From the IMG/VR virus record IMGVR_UViG_3300046005_001513, positions 6,384 through 70,383 of that record: DNA of 64,000 nt. The stretch is one strand, 5' to 3'. The notes under the pieces were generated by a model. That model had not been told where the DNA came from. It was given only the letters and a program-made list of their open reading frames with translations, and did no database searches. Shown here in pieces: positions 36,693-46,000 of the stretch. This stretch comes from a virus. Position 1 is the stretch's first letter. The number at the start of each line of letters is the position of its first letter. The translations under genes were made by a program, and so were the position numbers.

Positions 36693-36715
36693 AAAGCCCC
36701 TTAGTAGGGGCTTTT
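36693..36715. terminator. bidirectional intrinsic terminator
   Basis: AAAGCCCCT-TAGT-AGGGGCTTTT between convergent genes. Confidence 0.8.
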
Positions 36716-36746
36716 GTTTAAAACTGAAGATCAGTGTGAATTTCTA

Positions 36747-36944
36747 CTAGCCAAAACTCACACTACCTGCTTTAAGTTCTTTCTTTGAAAGCTCTTGAAT
36801 AGGCGTTGTGGTGCCTAGAATGACTTTACCTTCAAGTTCACTTTGATAAAACGGCACATCAATTTCTGCCAACTCTTTATCCGTTACATCAACGTAAATA
36901 AACTCTGCATTCGGTAACAAGTTCTTTACTTCAAAATAATTCAT
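36747..36944 (-). CDS. small hypothetical protein
   Basis: GGAG RBS before MNYFEVK. Confidence 0.65.
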   Translation of the reverse strand: MNYFEVKNLLPNAEFIYVDVTDKELAEIDVPFYQSELEGKVILGTTTPIQELSKKELKAGSVSFG

Positions 36945-36948
36945 GTTT

Positions 36949-37305
36949 TTAACTCCAAAATTCAACAATAGTTCTTACAGCAGCTTGAGCATTTGTCGTA
37001 GCAAATGCTAATCGCGTTTTAAATGTTGCCAGTTTTGCCCCGCTGATGCCAAGCGTTTTTATTTTTTGCGTGATAGCTTTTGTGTTTTTAATCGAGGTCA
37101 CTTTTGCAGTTTGCAAACTGGTGGCTTTTTTAAATCCACTAATTGCGACCGAAAAATTATTTTCCGCTTTAAACGACACCAACGTTGCCGAATTGATACC
37201 CCCAACTTTTGCTTTGCCGAGTAACGCGCTCAATCTCTTACTGCCAGGCACTTTAATTGTGCGAATAGGCGAGGTTTTGGTAAAAAGCGTTGTTATGTTT
37301 ATCAC
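36949..37305 (-). CDS. basic hypothetical protein in fibre operon
   Basis: 118 aa, coupled to upstream gene. Confidence 0.6.
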   Translation of the reverse strand: MINITTLFTKTSPIRTIKVPGSKRLSALLGKAKVGGINSATLVSFKAENNFSVAISGFKKATSLQTAKVTSIKNTKAITQKIKTLGISGAKLATFKTRLAFATTNAQAAVRTIVEFWS

Positions 37306-39368
37306 GCTGGTATCACAGCTTGCGCGAGCGTCACATTAGAAGCCACAAACTGACTATTCAGATTTCCATACACTTTGAAGCCGTTAGCAGTAGGGGCAAT
37401 TACTCGTGAGCCATCATAAGCAATAAATTGATTGGTGGTTGAAGGTACAAGCACGGTACTGGCCCCAGTTGCACTAAAAGCTGTAGCCAAATCTCCAGCA
37501 CTATTTCCACCTAGTGAGAGCGTTTGCAACCCGCCACCAGCAGCACCTGTGCGGTGTAATGCGTGAATCACACCTTGTATTTTTGTCAACGTGATGGGCT
37601 GTGAGAGGGTAGTAACAACTGCCGCCCCCCCTGCTACAACTGCTGTAGCAGTTGGTGTTGGACTAACTGGGGATTGTAAAGTTAAACTAGATAATCCATT
37701 TACTCTTACTTGCTGGGTTGCTGCTGTTCCTGTGGTTGTACCATACTGCACCAGTAGAGTATTTTCATCAAGTAATAACAAACCACCGTATATGCCGAGT
37801 AACGCGACACTCAATACGATAATACCTACCGCGTTTGTGTCTGGATAAAACATAGCAATTCTTGCCGCTGCGCCAAGTGTATAGCGACAAAAACCGAACA
37901 CAGTGCCATTTTTATCAACCACCATATCAGAAATGACGCAGGTATTAGTTGCATCTCCAGTCACAATCGGGATAGCCGCCGAAACGTTTGCGGTGCTAAA
38001 GTTATTAACGGGGATTTTTCGTACATTTGGGTTTAGAGCTACGGGAGGGTTTGATACGACGACAAAAGTATCAGTGACGGCTAACGCAGCCGCACCGCCT
38101 GAAATATCAACTGCTGAAATCGCATCTGTTCTAATGTCAATGCGGCGCACTGTATTCGTGTTTGCGGTAGAACCAACATAGACATAAAACTCGCCGTCAT
38201 AAACAATATCAACTAGCGTAGTGTCTGATACCAAAACAGTTTCGACATTCGTAATGGCGTTCCATTTTGATACACCAAACGATGTAATGAAATAGTAAAA
38301 CCCACCAGTTGAAATCATATCCGTTGGTCTAGCGCCGCTGGGAAGAATGTAAGTGTTGGTAACTAAATTAGTAATAGAGGATAAATCGTAAGCTGCTATA
38401 GGTTTGTGGTGAGTATTCAAAACCCAATGGTCTTTGTCTGTTGCACCTGCACCATAATTGCCGTTTTCATTTGCGCTCACCTTGATGCTGCTCATATTGT
38501 TGCCGACTGGCGAAATAAATTTTAAGCCGCATACCGTGCCATAATTAGCAACATAGTTCCCTGCATAATTGAATAGTGGTTTAATTGGGAATGCCATTTT
38601 GCTCGTGATGTCCCACGCATTAGCACTAAATTTATTGCCACCATTACCCAAATACTGCGTAAACGCGCTTCCTGTGTTGTGCAACCAGTTTGGATAGGAC
38701 ACGATGCCGTAATCGGCAGCAAAGTTTTTCGCAGCATTCACCCCTGTTTCGCCTGAGCGGGTTCTTGGCATACAAATTAGCGGAAAATCAGTACCACCAA
38801 GAGGTCTTCCTATTCCACCTATGGTTGCTGCACCTAGGGTAAATAACACGCTATTCATCACACCCCAGCAAGGAAAGTTATTTGCAGCCGTGTCATTCAC
38901 ATCTTCACGCTCCATTTCAAACACGCCTGCCCATAAATCGGGTTCACTCAAAATGTAACTATGCACCACGCAAAAACGTTTATGCGTCACAATTAGCAAA
39001 TCACATGCGCTCAAATTAAAATGAATCGGCGCACAACTGTAATAAGTGAAGGCTTCATTGACAGGCGTTTTTGTTGTGAGATTCCATGACTCGCAGGTCG
39101 AAACATTGATTTCTTGCACCAGCTTATGAATACGCAAAATTAAATACTTGTAAGTTAAGCCGTCGATATTGGGTGAGCGATACACCTTCGTGACTTGGGT
39201 ATTAGCTGGATTTACAGTATCGTAGAGAGTCCAGCCTGTTTCTCGCACGGGATTACTGCCTAAAATGGCATTGTCGATTGCGCTGATTAAATCTGCAAAG
39301 GTGCTACCTATGCCACTGAGTGTAATTTGACTGGTACTACTGCCAAGAGATGTTACGTTTATTGCCAT
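37302..39368 (-). CDS. putative tail fibre/receptor-binding protein (beta-propeller-like C-terminus)
   Basis: 688 aa, Gly/Thr/Ala-rich, in tail operon. Confidence 0.65.
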   Translation of the reverse strand: MAINVTSLGSSTSQITLSGIGSTFADLISAIDNAILGSNPVRETGWTLYDTVNPANTQVTKVYRSPNIDGLTYKYLILRIHKLVQEINVSTCESWNLTTKTPVNEAFTYYSCAPIHFNLSACDLLIVTHKRFCVVHSYILSEPDLWAGVFEMEREDVNDTAANNFPCWGVMNSVLFTLGAATIGGIGRPLGGTDFPLICMPRTRSGETGVNAAKNFAADYGIVSYPNWLHNTGSAFTQYLGNGGNKFSANAWDITSKMAFPIKPLFNYAGNYVANYGTVCGLKFISPVGNNMSSIKVSANENGNYGAGATDKDHWVLNTHHKPIAAYDLSSITNLVTNTYILPSGARPTDMISTGGFYYFITSFGVSKWNAITNVETVLVSDTTLVDIVYDGEFYVYVGSTANTNTVRRIDIRTDAISAVDISGGAAALAVTDTFVVVSNPPVALNPNVRKIPVNNFSTANVSAAIPIVTGDATNTCVISDMVVDKNGTVFGFCRYTLGAAARIAMFYPDTNAVGIIVLSVALLGIYGGLLLLDENTLLVQYGTTTGTAATQQVRVNGLSSLTLQSPVSPTPTATAVVAGGAAVVTTLSQPITLTKIQGVIHALHRTGAAGGGLQTLSLGGNSAGDLATAFSATGASTVLVPSTTNQFIAYDGSRVIAPTANGFKVYGNLNSQFVASNVTLAQAVIPA

Positions 39369-39781
39369 TTTTGACGCTCTAAAATGATGGTTAAATTTTC
39401 GCTATTGCTTGCTTGCACAACATCAACGGTTAAATAATCTGACGCTAAAATGACATTTTCATTTATGCTAAAGGTAGCGATTGCGGATTTAAAATTGTTG
39501 GCTTGGGCCGTGAGTTCAAATAACGCTGCGCCATTCTTTTTAATTCGCACGGTAACAGGCGCAGTATCTGATTTACCTAAAATGAAATAGGCGTTAATTA
39601 GCGTTACGTCATAAGCTGGCGACCACTTTGCAGTGCCTACAAACGGGGAAAGGCTTCCGATTAAGTTTAACTTGGTTTCATAAGTCTGTTGTATCGCGCT
39701 TAAATCAATCCCAGCTAAACTTTGTGCGATTTGAGCAAGTTCATTTATGCCTTCAATTTGTTTAAGCGCGATTTTTGACAT
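39359..39781 (-). CDS. putative virion/fibre-associated protein
   Basis: DYLTVDVVQ..LTIIL beta-sandwich-like end. Confidence 0.65.
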   Translation of the reverse strand: MSKIALKQIEGINELAQIAQSLAGIDLSAIQQTYETKLNLIGSLSPFVGTAKWSPAYDVTLINAYFILGKSDTAPVTVRIKKNGAALFELTAQANNFKSAIATFSINENVILASDYLTVDVVQASNSENLTIILERQKWQ

Positions 39782-39783
39782 AG

Positions 39784-40464
39784 TTAGTAAGCGTATTCAA
39801 TCAAAAGTGTGTCAGTGGTTTGCAAGGTGAAATCAACATCAAGCCACGTTACCGTTGTACCCAATACACTAAAATCAACACCAATTTTGTAGCGAATGCC
39901 ATTGACAGTTAACGCTAAATCGTTAATGTCTTTTGGTGTCTGCGCTAACGCAAAACCTGTTTGACCGTTTGTTGTAATTGCGGGTGATTCAACAATATGT
40001 AAATGCGAAGCGGGTGACGATGCGTCAAACTCATCAATACCTTCACCTGCATAAACAATCGCCGATGGTGTCGATACGCCAATTTGAACTGATTCGCACC
40101 AGCGAAAATCAAACGTTGCGCCTGCTTGTAAATCAGCAGTAAAGTCAAACGCGGTTTCAATTCCAGACACAAGACTAAAAAACGACACTAACCATGTGCC
40201 ACCACTTTCTGTTAGTCTGCCAAAGATTGACGATTCGTTTTCAAGGTCAACGAGCGGCTTACCTGTTGCTGCATTGCGTAAGAAAACTTTATTATGTGGC
40301 GTGGTTGTATAAACTCCAGCTAACGCATCAGAGCCGCCAGGAGCTTTACCTGTAAACGCAGTAGTTACTGTCACAGATGCAGCAGAAGGCACTGCGATTC
40401 CTGTAGTATTCCAGTGCGCTTGACCCACAAGTTGGTTAATCTGTTTACCTTTAATTTTTGACAT
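39784..40464 (-). CDS. putative virion structural protein
   Basis: MSKIKGKQI start; LTVNGIRY..DFSV..LQTTDTLLIEY module. Confidence 0.65.
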   Translation of the reverse strand: MSKIKGKQINQLVGQAHWNTTGIAVPSAASVTVTTAFTGKAPGGSDALAGVYTTTPHNKVFLRNAATGKPLVDLENESSIFGRLTESGGTWLVSFFSLVSGIETAFDFTADLQAGATFDFRWCESVQIGVSTPSAIVYAGEGIDEFDASSPASHLHIVESPAITTNGQTGFALAQTPKDINDLALTVNGIRYKIGVDFSVLGTTVTWLDVDFTLQTTDTLLIEYAY

Positions 40465-40479
40465 TTTTCTATCTCTCTC

Positions 40480-40896
40480 TTAGTAATAAATTGTTAGAAT
40501 ATCCGAGTTGTCAACCTCTCCAGGTGTTAAGTCATCAATGTGTATGTTTACGCCGTCTATCGAAGTTGATGTTTCTATACCATTGACGAATGCCAATACT
40601 ACTCCGACAGCAACATCGTCCAGTACATAATCCAAAATTCCTGTCTGTAAGGGTATTGAAACCTTACGAAGACCTGAAAGGTTAGACTCTCCAGCAGGTC
40701 CTGCTGGACCCGAAGGACCTACTGAACCTGAAGGTCCTGCTGGACCTTGTACGCCAATCGTAACTACATTTTCATTGCCAGGGGTTGCAATGATGTTGAT
40801 ATTATTTGAGCCATTGCTTGCAGCAAATTCACCGCTGCCTTTAGCAACAATGTTGGTTACGGCATTCTGAGCATAGACCAAATAAGTGTCTGTCAC
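40480..40896 (-). CDS. collagen-repeat structural protein
   Basis: GVQGPAGPSGSVGPSGPAGPAGE. Confidence 0.75.
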   Translation of the reverse strand: MTDTYLVYAQNAVTNIVAKGSGEFAASNGSNNINIIATPGNENVVTIGVQGPAGPSGSVGPSGPAGPAGESNLSGLRKVSIPLQTGILDYVLDDVAVGVVLAFVNGIETSTSIDGVNIHIDDLTPGEVDNSDILTIYY

Positions 40897-41300
40897 CGCA
40901 CAACCTCTAAGTTTGGCTCGAGAATCCCAACAACAAGAGTGCTGGTGATCCCATTAGGCGAAGTTACCTCGAGACCAAAGATTGCTTTGCGGAACGCAAT
41001 TGCAGAAGTAACAGAACTAGGAACATTCAACTGCACACCCTGAGCTTGTGGGATCATAATACCTTTTGCATCTTCAGCATCAGCAGTAACAATGACAAGT
41101 CCACCATTTACAGTGGTTAAATCAAATCCTGGTAACACTTCTTCAGCTGTAGGGTTTAACCTTGCCTGGAACTGAGCAGTGTATCCTGTCATATCAATAA
41201 CAGAGTTATTCTTGCCTAAGTAGAAAAAGATCGGGTTTAAAGTTGCACCCTTGGTGAACTTAATTGTAATGTTTGGCGGTCTTAGATCTAATACTTGCAT
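40893..41300 (-). CDS. BppU-like tail-fibre adaptor protein
   Basis: KGATL..IDMTGYTAQFQAR..EVVR. Confidence 0.65.
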   Translation of the reverse strand: MQVLDLRPPNITIKFTKGATLNPIFFYLGKNNSVIDMTGYTAQFQARLNPTAEEVLPGFDLTTVNGGLVIVTADAEDAKGIMIPQAQGVQLNVPSSVTSAIAFRKAIFGLEVTSPNGITSTLVVGILEPNLEVVR

Positions 41301-41348
41301 TTAACGCTCCTTGAAAGTAGTGGTATTGTATCATAGATAAGCTATTGA

Positions 41349-43079
41349 TTACACAACAGTCCAGCCTTTTGCAGTGGCGAGTGATTCGTCAATGTAGGCT
41401 GTAGTGTCTTGAGATTTGAAACCCACCCCGAATACACCACTAACTGTTTGAGTAGTGTCTAACGTAACAGTATTGCCGTTTATGGCAGTGATGATTCCAG
41501 ACACACTTGTGTTAATAATGTCCAATGCAAACTCTACCACCGTCCCTGCTGTAGCCACTGGGTAGTAATCTTGCGTGTAAAAACCCCCACTTCCGTCATT
41601 ACTTGACTTGCTTGTTATTTTAAACAACTGCATTCCTGAGTTGGATGCAAATGGGTTTGACGAGGCTATTGGCAGCAATCTAGTCCCGTATCCAAGAATT
41701 GTAATCGTGCTGCTTGTTGGATTCACAAAGCGGTTATTTCCAGAGGCTTGTAATGAAGCAGAAAAGCTACTTGCGTATGCGCCGACTATCTTCATTCCCA
41801 CAGCAAGTCCCGTACTGTCAGAAACAGTAATATCTTGAGACCCAGACACTGTAACAGCTCGCTTCATAACGGTTGGAGCGACAAACTTCCCGTTGGTTGT
41901 TAATTTCGGACTGAATGTTGATGCTATAAGACAATTGGTAATGAACCACTCAACTTGCGCTTTGTTCCAATTAAAGTCAGAAATACTTATTGAGCGTTTT
42001 AGATTTAACACAACAAAGCTAGTTATCTTATCTAAACCGTACTCACCAACGCCATACGCACTATATGCCAAGCTATTCAAATTCCAAACAGGAACAGCTT
42101 CTAGGTTGTAACAGTCGCTAACAATCGAACCCACATCCGTAGCTGCTGCTGTTGTGTACGATTCTGGAATAGTCTTTATCGTTACGCAGTATTGGAAAGC
42201 ACCATAGAAATTAGTAACTGCACTGGTATCTATCAGTGGCAACTCTGGTAATAAATTGCATCTATAAAAACACTGGCTCATGTTTGTAACAACGCCTAGA
42301 GCAACAATATCTATCTTTTCCAAAAAGCCAGCCACATAAAAAGCCTGACTCATGTCTGTGACATAAGGTGCATTTACTTTTGCATATTTTATAAGTCCAC
42401 CTCTAAACATATTCGGCATTTTAGTCAGGCTAGGTGCGGTATTTATCAACTCAATACTCGACAAGGCGATAAATGATGCTCCAAGCTGAGATGCTGACTG
42501 GCAAGTAAATCCTGGACCGCCAAATCTTATATCCAACCACCGAACTCGTGATTTTCTCGCAACATAGAATGCTGGCGATGCTGCATCAAGATGTTTTCCC
42601 AAGTCTAAATCAATAAACCCTCCAGCAACTGTTGGAGTCATTGTTACCACTACTTGCTTGTTGCCACTTGATAGCGCTGCATTTGAAATAGACGCAAAAG
42701 TATAATTGTGAATCGCGTAGGTCCCAGAAGCAAAAGTCTCTGTATTACCGTCACCCCAATCAATCGTGCAATCGCATGGTATTAGCGGAAAGCAGCAAAC
42801 ACTGTTTGCAGGTATCACCTCGAACAGCCCAGAGAAGCCTTCTGTAATTTCGGCAAGTGGCAGCCATTCTGCTGGTCTTGTCCAAGCCCCACCGCCAGTT
42901 CCAGTTCCAGTTCCAGGTATAAAAGCTGTCGGCGGATTAGCCCACACCGCAGTAGTTGCGCTGGTTGCTCTCAATACTTGACCTGCCATCGGCGGTGCTA
43001 TTGTTGATATGTCAATCACACCCGTTGCCGTTTTAAGTCTTACGGCTGTTCCTAAAATTTCTGTCATAAAGTTGTCCAT
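41349..43079 (-). CDS. tail fibre with BspA/DUF285-like repeats
   Basis: WTRPAEWL, TIDWGDG, VTDMSQAFY/VTNMSQCFY/DTSAVTNFY, ATAKGWTV. Confidence 0.7.
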   Translation of the reverse strand: MDNFMTEILGTAVRLKTATGVIDISTIAPPMAGQVLRATSATTAVWANPPTAFIPGTGTGTGGGAWTRPAEWLPLAEITEGFSGLFEVIPANSVCCFPLIPCDCTIDWGDGNTETFASGTYAIHNYTFASISNAALSSGNKQVVVTMTPTVAGGFIDLDLGKHLDAASPAFYVARKSRVRWLDIRFGGPGFTCQSASQLGASFIALSSIELINTAPSLTKMPNMFRGGLIKYAKVNAPYVTDMSQAFYVAGFLEKIDIVALGVVTNMSQCFYRCNLLPELPLIDTSAVTNFYGAFQYCVTIKTIPESYTTAAATDVGSIVSDCYNLEAVPVWNLNSLAYSAYGVGEYGLDKITSFVVLNLKRSISISDFNWNKAQVEWFITNCLIASTFSPKLTTNGKFVAPTVMKRAVTVSGSQDITVSDSTGLAVGMKIVGAYASSFSASLQASGNNRFVNPTSSTITILGYGTRLLPIASSNPFASNSGMQLFKITSKSSNDGSGGFYTQDYYPVATAGTVVEFALDIINTSVSGIITAINGNTVTLDTTQTVSGVFGVGFKSQDTTAYIDESLATAKGWTVV

Positions 43080-46000
43080 TCTGCGCTTGTAGCAGAGGTA
43101 GCGATTAAATAATCCCCATCAACAGGGTCGTTAGAGTCAATAACCACACCACCAAGTTTGCTTGCCGTGAGTAGTGTATACGGTTCATAAATTACCGTGT
43201 CATCAATAATGTCTATAGTGATTGTTGTTGACGCTGACCCATCGTGTGAGCTAACAGTAAAGGTTTCGGTTATAAGCACCCCGTTTTGCGAAAAGGCAGA
43301 TTCAAAGTTTGCGGAGTAACTCCAATCCCCATTCTCGTCAACACTGAATAAGCCATAAGTCCCCTGGGTTTGAAATTGAGGTACATACTTATTTTCACCC
43401 AAGTCCGCGTCAACAACATTTTGTAACTTTCCAGTTTTGTAAAAAATAGATGAGCGATAAGCCGCTATTGACTGGGGGTTAGAAACAACAGCCACCTCCC
43501 CTGTTCCAGTTACATCAATGCTAACAACACTCAACACAGTCCCACTGTAGCTTCGGATACTGAAGATTTCTGTAACTGTTTGACCTTCTACCAATGACTC
43601 AACAGAATCTTCCGTTGTATAACTCCAATAAGCCGTCCCCCTGTTTTCTAGCTGGTGTTCGATGTAATAGCTAAAGGTTCCGTATACCCCTAATATGTTT
43701 TTACTAGAAACACTGGGTACCCCAAATTCATAGTCAAAATAGGTGATAACCCCGCTTGTTGTTTGAGGTGAATTTCCTTCTAAAATAGCGTATACGCCCA
43801 CAGAGCTTACAGTTTCTGTTGGCATATCGTAGCCTGAAACGTAAAAATACAGTCTGACGTATTTAAAACTTGAATTTGTACCATTACTCGCCAAAGAAGA
43901 AATCCAGACGTATCCAACCGCAATGAAATTGCTTCCGCTGACGGAGTATTTGTACTGCGCCATAGGTATGGTAACTTGCCAGCTTCCGTCATTTTGCAGC
44001 GATAAACTATAACTAGGGTTGTTCGGACCGTCCCCAACTTTTGTTACCGTTAGACCCTCTGAAGTAACAGGTGTTGAGTAGTCTGCTATCCCATTGGGTG
44101 CACCTGTGGCGTAGGCAAAAGTGTATGAAGTTGCGCCGTAGTCGTGAGGAGTTATTTTCCCAGAAAGTATTAAGTCATCTTTTTGTTTTAAATATGTCGC
44201 TGAAGAACTTCCGAAAAGACTTCCAGTTAATACAAGTTCCATTGGAAAAGTAGGGGCGAGTATATCACAAAACAGCGTTGCGCTAACACTGTCCTGGACA
44301 GTAGTAACGGTGAATATACAATGTTCTCGTTGGTCGAGCTTTATTCTGTCTGGGCGGTATGTTGGGGTGTAAAACTTAAACTCCCAGTACCCGTTTTCAA
44401 ATACAGTAAAATCTCCCATGTAAGACTCTGTCGTCTGTTCTACAAAGGTTATAGTGGTATTGTCGGGGTTGGAGTGAATAAAATTACCTGACAGAGTGTA
44501 ATTAGCTGAAGCGTAGTTACTTGACCACGTTTCAAGTCCGCTTCTTGTTAAACGCCATGTATTACTCGGAAGCCACCCAACAACCAAGTTATACAGATCG
44601 CCAAACCCGTAGAGCCTCCCACCAGGGTCGTAAGTGAAAGATATTTCAGAATTATTAAGAGATAAATCTGTTATTTCTCCAATCGTCAATGCCCCTGTGA
44701 TTTCCATTGATGCGCTTTCACCACCAATAAATAAAGTGTCTATATACTTTTCCCCTCCAAACAATTGCGTAACATCGTAATCCGCTAGGCTGTACGTAAC
44801 TTTATAGGCATATTTGGGGAGTTTTTTAATCTCATAGTAAACCCCCTCTTTTGCAAATTGTGTTTTGTATCCCACAACTGCGTAGCGGTACAGTATCTGG
44901 GATATGTAAACTTCGCACCCTTCAAGCAAGATGTCATTTATCGAGTAGGCATATCTTTCAAATATAAACTTTCCGTAGGTTCCTTGAACCTCAAACGAGG
45001 CAATTGTTGGCTCGTTAAATATGCTTTTTTCGGTTACTACGCCGAATGGAGCTGTCACATCTGTTTCTGCAATGCTAGTTGAAGAGGGGTACTCCAAAAA
45101 ACCCCAAACAAAGTCTGGAGACGTTGTTGTTAATTTAAGAGTTATTGCGGTAACTTCTGTGGCGGACGTGTAAATAGGGGAGTGCAGTGTCGAATTTATC
45201 CCTGTCAGCCTTTTCAACCCCACTGGAATCTCATAATAAATTTCTGTCCCTATAGGTAGATCGCTATTTTTTGCAACTTCGTTAAGCCTACACTCCCATA
45301 CTTGGTCCTGCTTGTATTTAAAGTAGGGTCTAAAATAGAATGTAATGTAGCTATCGGGAACAACAGTGCCGTCATTTAACTTACCCAAAACCGAAACAGC
45401 ATTTACAGTTACGAAAGGGTCGCCACCGAATGAGTAATACGCTGAATAGACTCCAGCTGTATTTGAAAACTCGAAATAAAAGGAAGGGTAATAAGATTCA
45501 TAAGAAAACGGTATATAAACCATCTCAGGACTTACTACCTCATTATTCCTTTTAGCTAAAAATTTCCCCGTCAGTATTGTCGAATCTAGCTCATTATATG
45601 ATGGCGTGTGAATTTGACTGGCTTCAAGATTTTTAAGCACCACTGACAAATTTGTAGTGTCTATGTTGTCTGCACCGATTATTCTAATAGTTACAACTCT
45701 ATCAGTAGGTGAAATTTCACCATCAATAGTATATTTTACTGGAATACTTAACGTCTTTGTGTCGCCAGAATCAATTCCTTGCATTCTTACGGGGTCAAAC
45801 TCACAAACCCATTTCCCATTAGGGAGTATCGTGAACAACCCATTTTCGACATCATAATTATTTACAGGAATGTAGGAGACTTGATACCCTTCCCCTTCGT
45901 CAAGATAGGACAAATCACCTTGAGCGAAGAAGCTGTCGTAAAAAACTGGCTCTGTAACAACTGTTTCCAATATTGCCTTAGTTTCTTTTACGATTGTCAA

